From: Heterodontus francisci
Taxonomy: Eukaryota
Assembly (NCBI RefSeq): GCF_036365525.1
Contig: NC_090390.1
Span: 56,898,153 to 56,962,152, forward strand
Reading direction: 5' to 3'
Length of the DNA: 64,000 nt
Shown in pieces: positions 1 through 13,364 of this stretch. The notes beneath the pieces were generated by a model, which was given only the letters and a program-made list of their open reading frames with translations, ran no database searches and had not been told where the DNA came from. Both the position numbers and the translations under genes were made by a program. The stretch's first letter is position 1; each line of letters opens with the position of its first letter.

Positions 1-1400
1 GGCAAATGTTATTCCCTTGTTCAAGAAAGGGAATAGGGATAACCCTGGGAATTATAGACCAGTCAGTCTTACGTCGGTAGTGGGCAAATTATTGGAGAGG
101 ATTCTGAGAGACAGGATTTATGATTATTTGGAAAAGCATAGTTTGATTAGAGATAGTCAGCATGGCTTTGTGAGGGGCAGGTCATGCCTCACAAGCCTTA
201 TTGAATTCTTTGAGGATGTGACAAAACACATTGATGAAGGAAGAGCAGTGGATGTGGTGTATATGGACTTTAGCAAGGCGTTTGATAAGGTTCCCCATGG
301 TAGGCTCATTCAGAAAGTAAGGAGGCATGGGATACAGGGAAAGTTGGCTGTCTGGATACAGAATTGGCTGGCCTATAGAAGACAGAGGGTGGTAGTCGAT
401 GGAAAGTATTCAGCCTGGAGCTCGGTGACCAGTGGTGTTCCGCAGGGATCTGTTCTGGGACCTCTGCTCTTTGTGATTTTTATAAATGACTTGGATGAGG
501 AAGTGGAAGGCTGGGTTAGCAAGTTTGCCGATGACACGAAGGTTGCTGGAGTTGAGGATAGTGTGGAAGGCTGTTGTAGGTTGCAACGGGACATTGACAG
601 GATGCAGAGTTGGGCTGAGAAGTGGCAGATGGAGTTCAACCTGGAAAAGTGTGAAGTGATTCATTTTGGAAGGTCGAATTTGAATGCAGAATACAGGCTT
701 AAAGACAGGATTCTTGGTAGTGTGGATGAAAAGAGGGATCTTGGGGTCCATGTCCATAGATCGCTCAAAGTTGCCACCCAAGTTGATAGGGTTGTTAAGA
801 AGGCGTATGGTGCGTTGGCTTTCATTAACAGGGGGATTGAGTTTAAGAGCCGCGAGGTTATGCTGCAGCTCTATAAAGCCCTGGTTAGACCACACTTGGA
901 ATATTGTGTTCAGTTCTGGTCGCCTCATTGTAGGAAGGATGTGGAAGCTTTAGAGAGAGTGCAGAGGAGATTTACCAGGATGCTGCCTGGACTGGAGGGC
1001 ATGTCTTACGAAGAAAGGTTGAGGGTGCTAGGGCTTTTCTCATTGGAACGAAGAAGGATGAGAGGTGATTTGATAGAGGGGTACAAGATGATGAGAGGCA
1101 TAGATAGAGTGGATAGCCAGATACTTTTTCCCAGGGGGCATAATTTTAAGGTGATTGGAGGAAGGTTACGGGGAGATGTCAGAGGTAGGTTCTTTACACA
1201 GAGAGTGGTGGGTGCGTGGAATGCACTGCCAGCGGTGGTAGTAGAAGCAGATACATTAGGGACATTTAAGCGACTCTTGGATAGGTACATGGATGATAGT
1301 AGAATGAAGGGTATGTAGGTAGTTTGATCTTAGAGTAGGTTAAAGGTTCGGCGCAACATCGTGGGCCGAAGGGCCTGTACTGTGCTGTACTGTTCTATGT
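1..1400 (+). mobile_element. Young CR1-clade LINE (family A, HER1-like), 3' part; runs off the window's left edge
   Basis: Open ORF2 RT frame 17-1318, then 3' tail GGGCCGAAGGGCCTGTACTGTGCTGTACTGTTCTATGTT ending near 1400. Confidence 0.95.
17..1318 (+). CDS. CR1 ORF2 reverse transcriptase and C-terminal region (partial)
   Basis: Motifs NYRPVSLTS, QHGF, DFSKAFDKVPH, GVPQGSVLGP, KFADD, LVRPHLEYC; 433 aa without a stop. Confidence 0.95.
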   Translation: MFKKGNRDNPGNYRPVSLTSVVGKLLERILRDRIYDYLEKHSLIRDSQHGFVRGRSCLTSLIEFFEDVTKHIDEGRAVDVVYMDFSKAFDKVPHGRLIQKVRRHGIQGKLAVWIQNWLAYRRQRVVVDGKYSAWSSVTSGVPQGSVLGPLLFVIFINDLDEEVEGWVSKFADDTKVAGVEDSVEGCCRLQRDIDRMQSWAEKWQMEFNLEKCEVIHFGRSNLNAEYRLKDRILGSVDEKRDLGVHVHRSLKVATQVDRVVKKAYGALAFINRGIEFKSREVMLQLYKALVRPHLEYCVQFWSPHCRKDVEALERVQRRFTRMLPGLEGMSYEERLRVLGLFSLERRRMRGDLIEGYKMMRGIDRVDSQILFPRGHNFKVIGGRLRGDVRGRFFTQRVVGAWNALPAVVVEADTLGTFKRLLDRYMDDSRMKGM

Positions 1401-3102
1401 TACTTCCTCACCTATGATCTTGGCTTTGAATCCAGAGTCGTCCTATCTGCAAAGGTCTTCGATAGTCCTATTCTTGAAGGTAGAAGCCATTTAGCATTGA
1501 ATGGCCTGTTTAGCATTTTAATGTGCCTTCCCCAAAATTAGTCCAGACGTGAAGATGGTTTAGTCTGCAATAGTTGCAATGTATATTTGCAGTACAGGAG
1601 ATGGTCATCTGACCTCTTACTACCTCATCTGCAGCAAAATGTGTCAATTTTTGTGAGTTTATTATTGCTCCAGGTCACTATTTTCATAACTGGTCTTTGC
1701 GTGAGCATGACAGCCTGCTGCCCTTGACTTTTTTAGGTGGTGGAGGTCACAGATTTGTGCACACGGGCACTAACTCCTTTGCTCCTCCACTACTCTTGGA
1801 ATATTCGAAGTTGTCTTTTTTGGACCCAAAAGTGGATGACTTCACATTTCCGCACATTAAACTGCACTGGACATAATGTTGTGCACCATGTGCGTCACTT
1901 TCCAACTTCCTCATCTCCTAACTTAGTGGCATAGTGCAAGAAATTGGACATAACCCTGTGATTTCACTTATTATGCTAATAAAATTGCTTCTGTGGAACT
2001 TGCACTAGCATGGTAGCTGGGACAGTGTATCCAGATGTTGATATACGGACTGCTAGAAGGCAAACTCCCACACCTCAAATTTTACCTTCTGTAAATAGTA
2101 ATAGGAAACAGAAAAGTAGATTTGCTAAGAGGATGTGAGATTACATTAAATTCATTATAATAAATGAAGTAATAGTTAATTGATCAGTTATTTTACTTTG
2201 CAAGTGTTGTAAAAGATTCAATTAGAGAAACTAATCAAACCACTGTAAGTGAAGATAATTCAAGAAACAAAAAAAATTTGTAACTTCACTGCAATTTGGG
2301 AGTTGACACAGAGACAAGGGCTCCAATAACGGGGAGGCAGGAGGGATGCAGGGGAGCCCTGCAGCGGGTAAAGAATTCGCAAGGCTGGGTACGAGGAAGC
2401 TCTTAACAACAGGTCCTTATTTAAATAAATCACTGCAAACTCACACTCAACAGCAGGCCAGATTGACTGTCTAGAAGGTGGGCAGAAGCAGAAATTAGCA
2501 GCAGGAGGCTACAGCCAGGGGCCCCTGGGAACAGTTCCACGAGTTAGTTGGGGAGGGGGGGTGCCGAGGGAGAAAAGAAGGGCGAGTGGGGAGAAGCGAT
2601 GAACCTGACATCATGAAAGCGTCACAACATCACTAAAGTGTCTTGAAGGGACTACCTCCATAAAATGAACCTCACAATAGTAACCTAGGTACCTCTGGTG
2701 CTGTGGGTAGCCCTGAATGAACAAATATCACAAAGAAACTATAGCATCAATGAGGATATCAGGTACTACAATAAGCTATTAAAACACTCCTGCCAAGGAT
2801 GCTATTTCTACTAGAGCAGTGATGGAAAATATTTGTTTTCAGATATTCCTTTGTATAATTTTTCAATGCCACAAGTTGAAGGGGGTGGGTGTAAAGGTTC
2901 TCATTTATTTAAATGTGCATGTACATTATACTTACTGTCCTGTTAGTGTGCAGCCAATAGGGATTGACCAAATTCTAGAAAAGGGCTAGACATTCTCAGA
3001 GGAGGCAAGCATTAAAACCAATGTAGTTTGATATTACATGGAGTATAACTACATGATGATAGCAAGCCTGGTTTAAAGAGCACACACACAAGATTCCCTA
3101 AA

Positions 3103-3224
3103 GATCACAGACCTGAAACCTTAACTCTGTTTCTCTCTCCACAGATGCCAGACTTGCTGGAGTATTTCCAGCACTTTGTTTTTATTTCAGATTTCCAGCA
3201 TCTACAGTACTTTGCTTTTATTAT
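3103..3224 (+). mobile_element. Penelope-type terminal-repeat mini-element
   Basis: GACCTGAAACCTTAACTCTG...ATTTCAGATTTCCAGCATC...TTTGCTTTTA, flanked by perfect 15-bp direct repeat ACAAGATTCCCTAAA (3088-3102, 3225-3239). Confidence 0.7.
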
Positions 3225-3865
3225 ACAAGATTCCCTAAATCTTCTAGACACTTCTTAAACCTATCCCACTGCCTTTTCAGGTGGATGCAAAAAAAATCTC
3301 ATGTCATTAACATAACAGCTGGGGAACTCTCTTGATATTATGACCAACACTTAGCTCGCAACTGAAGCCATTAAAAAATTTAAATTGCATTTTGTCTCTT
3401 TGTTTGTTGGACCATGCGGCCTGCAAATTGACTTCTGTGTATGTTTACATTACAACAGTGGTTACACTTCTAAAGGCATTATACAAATGATTTTCTTCCT
3501 TGCATTGTTTGGAATTAATTTAAAGGTTTACAAAATGTGGCTGTCACATGGACTATCTAATTTAAGAAAACCTGCTGGACACCTTTATGCCAGCATCCTC
3601 ATAGACAAAGTCAGCATTCCAGTTAGGCAATGTAAATAGGGCATTGTTGGCTCAACCCATACTTAAATTTGTATTACTGTTTGGTACATGACAAGCAACA
3701 ATAGTATTGGCTTGAATTTTACCACTAGAAGGAGTAAACAGAAGTACCTATGTGCTAATTACAGAATTTTTATAATGTTGCATGGATTTTGAATATTTAA
3801 GGCAGAAGTGAAACAATTGCATGATTCTGGGCTCCACTACCAGAAAGAAAAATCGACTGGAGGTC

Positions 3866-6050
3866 TGTTTTTTTTTCTTTCATGGGATGCGAGCATTGCT
3901 GGCAAGACCAGCATTTATTGCCCACCCCGAATAGCCCTCAAGAAAGTGCTGGTGAGCCACCTTCCTGAATTGCTGCAGTCCTTGGGTGTAGTGCTGTCAG
4001 GAAGGGAGTTCCAAGTTTTTAATCCAACGACACTGAAGGAACGGTGATACAGTGCTAAGTAAGGATGATGCGTGGCTTGGACAGAAACTTGCAGATCGTG
4101 GCGTTCCCATGCATCTGCTGCCTTAATCCTTCTAGGTGGTAGAGGTCGGAGGTTTGGAAGGTACTGTCGAAGGAGACCTGGTGAGTTGCTGCAGTGCATC
4201 TTGTAGATGGTACACACTGCTAGCACTGTGCATCGGTGGTGAAGGAAATGAATGTTTAAAGTGGTGAATGGGGTGCTGATCAAGTGGGCTGCTTTGTCCT
4301 GGATGGCGTTGAGCATCGAGTGTTGTTGGAGCTACATTCATCCAGACAAATATTCCATCACACTCCTGACTTGTACCTTGTAGATGGAGGACACGCTTTG
4401 GGGAGTTAGGAGGCAAGATATTCACTGCAGAATTCCCAGCCTTGGACCTGTTCTTGCAGCCACAGTATTTGTATGTGGTTGGTCCAGTTAAATTTCTGGT
4501 CAATGGTAATCCCCAAGATGTTGATGGTGGGAGAATGCAGCGATGGTAATGCCATTTAATGTCAAGGGGAGATGGTTAGATTTTCTCGTTGGAGATGGTC
4601 ATTGCATGGCATGAATACTATTTGCTACTTATCAGCTCAAGCCTCGCTGCATGCGGACACGGACTAAATATTTGAAGAGTCGCAAATGGTACTGAACACT
4701 GGGCGATCATCATTGAACATCCCCATTTCTGACCTTATGATGGAGGGAATGTCATTGATGAAGCAACTGAAGATGGTTGGATCAAGACACTACCCTGAGA
4801 AACTCCAGCAAAGTCCTGTGCTTATCTGGCCTCCAACAATCACAACCATCTTCCTTTGTATTAGTTATGACTCCAACTAGTGGAGAGTTTCCCCCTAACT
4901 GGCATTGATTTCAATTTTGCTTGGGCTCCTTGATGCCACACTTGATCAAATGCCAGCTTGATGTCATGGGCAGTCACTCTCACCTCACCTCTTGAATTCA
5001 GCACTTTTGTCCATGTTTGGATCAAGGCTGTAATGAGATCTGGCAGATTCCTAACCGAGCAACAGTGAGAAGGTTATTGCTGTGTATGTACCACTTGATA
5101 GCGCTGTCGACAATACCTTCCATCACTTTGCTGATGATAGAGAGTAGCCTGATGGTGCAGCAATTTCCCAAAATGGATTTGTTCTGCATTTTGTGGACAG
5201 GACATACCTGGGCAATTTTCCACATTGTTGGGTAGATGCCAGTGTTGCAGCTGTACTGGAACAGCTTGGCTAGGAGTGTGGCTAGTTTTGGAACACAAGT
5301 CTTCAGTACTGCTGCCAGAATATATATCTGGAGCCTTCAGCCATTTCTTGATATCATTTGGATTGAATCGAATTGGCTGAAGACTGGCATCTGCAATGCT
5401 GGGGACTTCAGGAGGAGGCAGAGATGGATCATCCACTCAGCACTTCTGGCTGAAGCTGGTTGAAATACTTCAGCCTTGTCTTTTCAACCGACATACTGGG
5501 CTCCCACAGCATCGAGGATGGGAATGCTTGTGCAGCCTCCTCCTCCAGTTAATTGTCCACTACCATTCACGATTGGATGTGGCAGGTCTGCAGAGCTTTG
5601 ATCCATTGCTTGTGAGATCACTTAACTCTGTCTATTGCATGCTGCTTCAGCTGTTTAGCTTGCACGTAGGCCTGTGTTGTAGCTTCACCAGGTTGGCACC
5701 TCATTTTTAGGTTTGCCTTGTACTGCTCCTGGCATGTTCTCCTCGTTAAAGCAAGGTTGATCCCCTGACTTGATGGTAATGGTAAAGTGAGGGATATGAC
5801 AGGCCCTGGGGTTACAGATTGTAACTGGATACAATTCTTCTGCTGCTGATAGTCCACAGCACTTCATAGATGCCCAGATATGAGCTCCTAGATCTGTTCT
5901 GAATCTATCCCATTTAGCACAGTGTTAGTTCCACACAACATGATAGACGGTATCCTCAGTGTGAAGTTGGGACTTTGTCTCCACAAGGACTGTACAGTGG
6001 GCATTCCTACCAAAGCTGTCTCAGACATATGCATCTTGCTCCTGATAGGA
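3866..6050 (-). mobile_element. Degraded CR1-clade LINE, family B
   Basis: Minus-strand fragments IQDKAAHLI, WKIAQVCPVHK, TWNSLP; 3' end GGGCAATAAATGCTGG...CATCCCATGAA near 3880-3925. Confidence 0.85.
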
Positions 6051-6279
6051 TAAATTAGCCAACACATGCTAATCATAGCGCCACCCACTCTGCAGCCAAC
6101 CCAAGTGCAAACTTTAACATACAACCCCCCACACAAAGGTCCACCACCCAGCAAGATTTTAACAAATATCTACTATTTGTACATTTCTGACTTAAAGAAT
6201 AGTTTGCTATAAATAAACCCCTGCTTATCAATACCTGCAGTCAACTGTGTCTAACAAAGGAAGTTAAGGATTGTATAAG

Positions 6280-8415
6280 ATTAAAAGTAAAGACCCATAA
6301 AGTTGCCAGAAATAGTTGTAGACCTGAGGATTGGGAGGATTTTTAAAATATAGCAAAGGAGGACCAAGAAGCTGATAAAGAAAGGGAGAATAAAATATGA
6401 ATGTAAACTAGCTAAAATATAAAAAGGGACTGTAAAAGCTTCATGGATACGTAAAAAGGAAACATCTGGCGAAGACAAATGCGGGTCTGTTACAGGCAGA
6501 GTCAGGAGAATTTACAATGGGGAACAGAGAAATGGCAGAGAAGCTAAATGATTACTTTGTGTCTGTCTTCACTGAGGAAGATACAAGAATTCTGGGATTA
6601 GGGAGAATGAGGAATTGAAGGAAATTAGTATTAGTAAGAAGGTTGTATTGGAGAAATTAATGGAACTGAAGGTTGACAAGTCCCCGGGACCTGATGTTCT
6701 ACATCCCAAAGTGTTGAAAGAGGTAGCTATGGAGATAGTGGACGCATTGGTAATCATCTTCCAAAATTCTACAGATTCTGGAGCGGTTCCTGCAGATTGG
6801 AAGGTAGCAAATGCCACCCCACTATTTAGGAAGTGAGGGAGAGAGAAAACAGGGAACTAAAGACCTGTTAGCCTTACATCAGTAGTAGGGAAAATGCTCC
6901 AATCTATTCTAAAGGATGTGATAAATGTACACTTGGATAATAATGATCTGATCGGGCCTAATCAATATGGATTTATCAATAGGAAATCATGTTTGATGAG
7001 CCTGTTGGAGCTTTTTTGAGGATGTTACTAACAGAATTGATAAAGGGGAGTTGGTGAATGTAGTATACTTGGACTTTCAGAAGGCTTTTAATAAAGTCCC
7101 CCACTGGAGGTTGGTTAGCAAAATTAAAGCACATGGGAGAGGAGATAATATACTGGCATGGATTAAGGATTGGTTAACAGGCAGAAAGCAGAGAGTAGAA
7201 ATAAATGGGCCCTTCTCGTGTTGGCAGGCTGTGACTAGTGGGGGTACCGCCAGGATTAGTCCTTGGGACCCAGTTGTTCACAATATATATTATTTGGATG
7301 TGGGGACCAAATGTAATATTTCCAAGTTTGCAGATGACACAAAACTAGGTGGGAACGTGTATCGTGAGGAAGATGCAAAGCGGCTTCAAGGGATTGGGAC
7401 AGGCTAAGTGAATGGGCAAGAACATGGCAGATGGAACATAATCTGAAAAATGTGAGGTTATTCATTTTGGTAGGAGGAACAGATGTGCAGAGTATTTCTT
7501 AAATGGCAGGAGATTAGAAAGTGTAGCTGTACAAAAGGAAGCTGGGTATCCTTGTCAATAAGTCACTGAAAGCTAACATGCAGGTGTAGCAAGCAATTAC
7601 ATATGAACATACGAATTAGGAGCAGTAGGCCACTCGACCCCTTGAGCCTGCTCCACCATTCAATAAGTTCATGGCTGAACTGATGACTCCACATTTCCAC
7701 CTACCCCCGATAACCTTCCACCCCCTTACTTATCAATAAACTATCTACCTCTGCCTTAAAAATATTCAAAGACTCTGCTTCCACTGCCTTTTGAGGAAGG
7801 CTTATGGTATGTTAGCCTTTATCGCAAGAGGATTTGAGTACAGGAGTAGTGAAGTCTTGCTTCAATTGCAGAAAACCTTGGTTGGGCCGCACCTGGAGTA
7901 CTGTGTGGAGTTTTGGTCCCTACCTTAGGGAGGATATTATTGCCATAGAGGGAGTGCAATGAAGGTTCACCAGACTTGTTCCCGGGATGGCGGGACTATC
8001 CAATGAAGAGACATTGGGGAAAGTGGGCCTGTATTCTCTAGAATTTCGTAGAAACCTGCAAAATACTTAAAGGGATAGACAGGGTAGATGCAGGCAAGAT
8101 GTTTCCCCTGGTTGGGGAATCTAGAACCGGGGACACAATTTCAAAATAAGGGGGAAGCCACTTTGGACAGAGATGAGGAGAAATTTCTTTACTCAGAGGG
8201 TTGTGAATCTTTGGAATTCTCTACCCCAGAGGGCTGTGGAAGCTCAGTCATTGAGTATGTTTGAAGCAGAGATTGACGGATTTCTAAATACCAATCACAG
8301 AAAGGGATATGGGATAGTGTGGAAAAAAGGCATTGAAGTGGATGATCAGCCATGATCGTATTGAATTGCGGAGTAGGCTTGATGGGTTGAATGGCCTACT
8401 CCTGTTCCTATGTAA
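6280..8415 (+). mobile_element. Degraded CR1 LINE, family A
   Basis: KSPGPDVLHPKVLKE, YLDFQKAF, KFADDTKLGG, FFTQRVVNLWNSLP fragments with stops and frameshifts; tail AATGGCCTACTCCTGTTCCTATG. Confidence 0.9.
7599..7797 (-). mobile_element. Short CR1 3'-end fragment nested antisense in the CR1
   Basis: ACATATGAACATACGAATTAGGAGCAG...GGCCACTCGACCC is the reverse complement of a CR1 tail; near-identical to 53449-53560. Confidence 0.75.
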
Positions 8416-9388
8416 AATTCATCCATAAAAAAAAAATCAGGATTAACTATTGCCATTGAAAAAGGATGGTAATCTGTGTACAGATCTATAGATATGGATA
8501 ACGAAATATGCTATCAGCAGGGCTCTCAAACAAAAAAAACATTTCAGTTCATAAATGATTTGCGTAATATTCAGCTTCAAAGTTTATATCAACATTGATA
8601 CTTCTGTGCATTACACAGCAAATCTATGGATTGAAAAGCCAATTAGAGGTTAGATTTATCACTGAAATTGATGTAAAGGAACAAACATCACAGAACAGTA
8701 AAAAGGAATTAAATTCATGGGCATTTTACAATTCAACTTTTGAGAGATGCAATGGCTTGAGTAAGAAAGACTGCAAGAAATGTAGGCTGTTTAGCATATT
8801 TATGTTAGAGCATTCTGAATTACACAAGAATCTAGATGTGGAAAAGAAAATTTTCAACAGAAAAAATCTCTCGCCTTTATAAAAAGCACAGCATGCTTTA
8901 GACATTATTCTAAATGCTAAATTCTATTGACTGGGATTTTCCTCTTTTATGTCCCCTTAACCTGAAATTTTCAGCCCATTGATTTTAATACACATACTTC
9001 AAATAATTGATTACAGTAATAGTTAAAAGGTAAATCATCCACCTTTATTATAGTCTAAAAAAATTGAATAACCTGTATCAAATGAATGGTCTTAATTAAG
9101 CGGATGACTCCTGTTGAAATGCAATACTGTCTAAATGAGAGCAGTTTCTGCATAATTTCTATACAGTGATCCCAAGATTCTTTTAACTTTCTATTTTAAA
9201 AAGAGAATGGTCCTTGACATCCATATGATAAACATTCTCTATTATATAAAGTCAGCTAATTCTGACATTACATTGTTGAAAGGACACCTTTGCCTTTCTG
9301 GCACATGAATTAGGAACTACTGAAGATCAAGGAGTTTACTATTTGAAACTAGAAGTAGAGGTGTTTTTAATGACAATCTTTTTAAGTC

Positions 9389-9430
9389 TATGGAATTGAA
9401 ACATTCAATATGGAATTGAAACATTCAATA
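9389..9430. repeat. Perfect 20-bp tandem duplication
   Basis: TATGGAATTGAAACATTCAA twice, plus TA. Confidence 0.95.
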
Positions 9431-9734
9431 TTTGCACAGCATGAGATTAAGATCACATATTACGATCATGGAAAATAATTAGTGTACTAAGCATCTTTTA
9501 TGAACCTAGTAACTTATAGATAAAAACATAATAATTGGTGCTCACCAAGTTAGACTAATCTTCGTATCCAGAAATTAAGAGGCAATTGAGAACCTATCAT
9601 ACTTGCAATCCCAAGTGTTCAAGGTGCCTTTCCACAAATCAGATGCTTAACACTTCTATTTACATTTCTAAACTTTGATGTCACTCTTTTACAGGAAGGC
9701 ATTATGGTTTGGATGACCTGAACAGTTTTAATAG

Positions 9735-9965
9735 ACCACCACCACCTTCAAGTTGTCCTCCAAGCCACACACCATCCTGACTTGGAACTATATTCGCCAA
9801 TCCTTCAATGCCATTTGCGTCAAAAACTCTGCAACATCACTGTGGATGTACTTACACCAGATGGACTGCAGCAGTTCAAAGGGACAGCTCACCACCACCT
9901 TCAAGGGCAATTAGGGATGGGCAACAAATGTTGGCCTTGCCAGTGACACGAACACCCCATGAAAA
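9735..9965 (+). mobile_element. CR1 family B 3' fragment
   Basis: CCAAGCCACACACCATCCTGACTTGG...AGGGCAATTAGGGATGGGCAACAAATG. Confidence 0.8.
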
Positions 9966-9974
9966 TTTTTTTGA

Positions 9975-12900
9975 AAATTCTATGTCCATTGGATTCTCCT
10001 CATCTGCCCTGCTAGGTACAACCTCAAGAAAATGAACCAGATTGGTCAAGCACAATTTTGATTCCATAAACCTGTGTCGACTCTGTCCAATCATAGTGAT
10101 TTTTTAAGTGTCCTGTTATCACACCCCTAATAAAAACGCTAGCATTTTCCCTACTGGTGATGTCAGGCTAACTGGCCTATAGGTCCCAATTTCTCTCTCC
10201 CTCCTTTCTTGAATAACTGGGTTATGTTTGCTACTTTCCAATCCATGGGGACCATTCCAGAATCTAGAGAATTCTAGAAGATCCAAACCAATACATCCAT
10301 TATCTCTGTAGCCATACCTTTCGAAACCTAGAATATAGACCATTAGGTGCCATTAATTTCTCCAGTACTATTTCTTTACTAATTTCTCCAAGTTCCTCAA
10401 TCTAACTAAAACCCTTGGTTCGCCATTATGGTCAGAATTTCTTTTTTGTGAAGACAGATGCAAAGTATTTGTTTAATGTCTCTGCCATTCCCTTATTCCC
10501 CATTATAATTCCTCCCATCTCTACCTCTAAGGGACCCACATTTGCTTTTGTGAATCTCTTTCTTTTTTAATATACCTATAGAAACTTTGACTATGTGTTT
10601 TTATGTCTCTAGCTAGTTGACTTTCATATTCTCTTTTTATTCATTTCTGTCATCCTTTGTTAACTTTTAAGTTGCTCCCAATCCTCAGGCTTACTACACC
10701 TTTGGCAATCACTGACCAACGCAAGCAAATGGGCCGGTGGGTGGAACACTACCTAGAACTGTACTCCAGGAAAAATGTTGTCACTGAGACCACCCTCAAT
10801 GCAACCCTGTCTCTGCCAGTCATGGATGAGCTGGACGAACAGCCAACAAAATCGGAACTCAGTGATGCCATTGATTCTCCAGCCAGCGTAAAAGCCCCTG
10901 GGAAGGACGGCATTACCCCTGAAATCATCAAGAGTGCCAAGCCTGCTATACTTTCAGCTCTGCACGAACTGCTTTGCCTGTGCTGGGATGAGGGAGCAGT
11001 ACCACTGGACAAGCGCGATGCCAATATCATCACCCTCTGCAAGAACAAGGGTGACCGCAACAACTACCGTGGAATCTCCCTGCTCAGCATAGTGGGGAAA
11101 GCCTTCGCTCGTGTCACTTTAAACAGGCTCCAGAAGCTGGCTGAGCGTGTCTACCCTGAGGCACAGTGTGGCTTTCGAGCAAAGAGATCCACCATTGACA
11201 TGCTGTTCTCCCCTTCGCCAGCTACAGGAGAAATGCCGTGAACAACAGATGCCCTTCTACGTTGCTTTCAGTGATCTCACCAAAGCCTTTGACCTCGTCA
11301 GCAGAAGTGGTCTCTTCAGACTACTAGAAAAGATTGGATGCCCACCAAAGCTACTAAGTATCATCACCTCATTCCATGACAATATGAAAGGCACAATTCT
11401 GCATAGCGGCATCTCATCAGACCCCTTTCCAATCCTGAGTGGCGTAAAACAGGGCTGTGTTCTCGCACCTACACTGTTTGGGATCTTCTTCTCTCTGCTG
11501 CTCTCACATGCATTCAAGTTTTCAGAAGAAGGAATTTTCCTCCACACAAGATCAGGTGGCAGGTTGTTCAACCTTGCCCGTCTAAAAGCGAAGACCAAAG
11601 TAAGGAAAGTTCTCATCAGGGAACTCCTCTTTGCTGACGATGCTGCATTAACATCTCACACTGAAGAGTGTCTGCAGAGACTCATCGACAGGTTTGTGGC
11701 TGCCTGCAATGAATTTGGCCTAACCATCAGCCTCAAGAAAACGAACATCATGGGACAGGACGTCAGAAATGCCCCATCTATCAATATCGGCGACCACACT
11801 CTGGAAGTGGTTCAAGAGTTCACCTACCTAGGCTCAACTATCACCAGTAACCTGTCTCCCGATGCAGAATTAAACAAGCGCATGGGAAAGGCTTCTTCTG
11901 CTATGTCCAGACTAGCCAAGAGAGTGTGGGAAAATGGCGCACTGACACAGAACACAAAAGTCCAAGTGTATCAAGCCAGTGTCCTCAGTACCTTGCTCTA
12001 CGGCAGCGAGGCCTGGACAACGTATGTCAGCCAAGAGCGACGTCTCAATTCATTCCGTCTTCGCTGCCTCTGGAGAATCCTTGGCATCAGGTGGCAGGAC
12101 CGTATCTCCAACACAGAAGTTCTCAAGGCGGCCAACATCCCCAGCATATACACCCTACTAAGCCAGCGGTGCCTGAGATGGCTTGGCCATTTGAGCCGCA
12201 TGGAAGATGGCAGGATCCCCAAGGACACATTGTACAGCGAGCTCATCACTGGTACCAGACCCACCGGCCGTCCATGGCTCCGCTTTAAAGACGTCTGCAA
12301 ACGCGACATGAAGTCCTGTGACATTGATCACAAGTCATGGGAGTCGGTTGCCAGCGATCTCCAGAGCTGGCGGGCAACAATAAAGGCGGGGCTAAAGCGT
12401 GGCGAGTCGAAGAGACTTAACAGTTGGCAGGAAAAAAGACAGAAGCGCAAGGAGAGAGCCAACTGTATAACAGCCCCGACAACCAATTTTATCTGCAGCA
12501 ACTGTGGAAGAGTCTGTCACTCTAGAATTGGCCTTTATAGCCACTCCAGGCGCTGCTGCACAAACCACTGACCACCTCCAGGCGCTTACCCATTGTTTCA
12601 CAAGACAAGGAGGCCAAAGAAGAAGAAGAAGAAGAACTACACCTTTGGCAATATTAGAAGCCTTTTCCTTTAATCGAATACTATTTTTAACTTCTTGTTA
12701 GCCACAGTTGGTCTTTTCCCAAAGGATTTTCATTCCTTCGGGAATGTATATTTGTTCTGAATTATACTTTTAAAAAAAAATTGCTTATCTACTGTCATAT
12801 TTTGATCAAGTTCTCCAATCTATCTGAACCAACTCACCCGCTCATATCTATCTAGTTGGCTTTTAGATTTTAAGACCCTAGTTTTAGATTTAACACAGAA

Positions 12901-13320
12901 TTATATATTGAGTTTATCATATAAGGATCATTCTTTCCCCATCAGCTCCTCTACTAAAAGGTTGTTAATTAATTCTTTTTCATTGCACAATATTAGATCT
13001 AAAATAACATTTTCCCTCGTTGACTGCCCCACATACATAACCAACCTAGAAAACATTTTATGAACTTGTCCTTCAAACTATTACTACTAATTTGGTTTGC
13101 ACAGGCTACAAGATTCAAGTGCCCCATAATTACTGTATTACTCCTGTTACATGCACTTCTAATCTCCAGATTTATACTATGTTCAACACTACATCTACTG
13201 TTGAGTTGCCCATCAGCCACCCCCACTGGTGTATTCTGCCTCCAAACTGATTCTACATCTTGACTTTCAGCCAAGATTCTTTCTCTCTACTACTGTACAT
13301 CACATCCTTTATCATGGCTA
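9975..13320 (-). mobile_element. Degraded CR1 family A, host of the RTE insertion
   Basis: Minus-strand YRPVSLTSPVGKML and endonuclease-region remnants on both sides of the RTE. Confidence 0.75.
10710..12635 (+). mobile_element. RTE-clade LINE, 5'-truncated, near-intact RT
   Basis: KAPGKDGI, NYRGISLL, DLTKAFD, GVKQGCVLAP, LFADD, FTYLGS, C-terminal CxxC...HxxxC; one frameshift near 11210; (GAA)n tail; 17-bp TSD ACTACACCTTTGGCAAT (10693-10709, 12636-12652). Confidence 0.95.
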
Positions 13321-13364
13321 CCACTCCTCCATTTCTATTTAGCCCATCTCGTCTAAAAGTCAAT

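Noticed and set aside
373-1290. Antisense and alternate-frame ORFs over LINEs (here and throughout)
   Set aside because: Shadow frames of RT coding sequence with no independent signals
9546-9717. Minus-strand AG...GT-bounded segment as exon 2 of the divergent gene
   Set aside because: All three frames contain stops and there is no acyl-CoA dehydrogenase-like sequence
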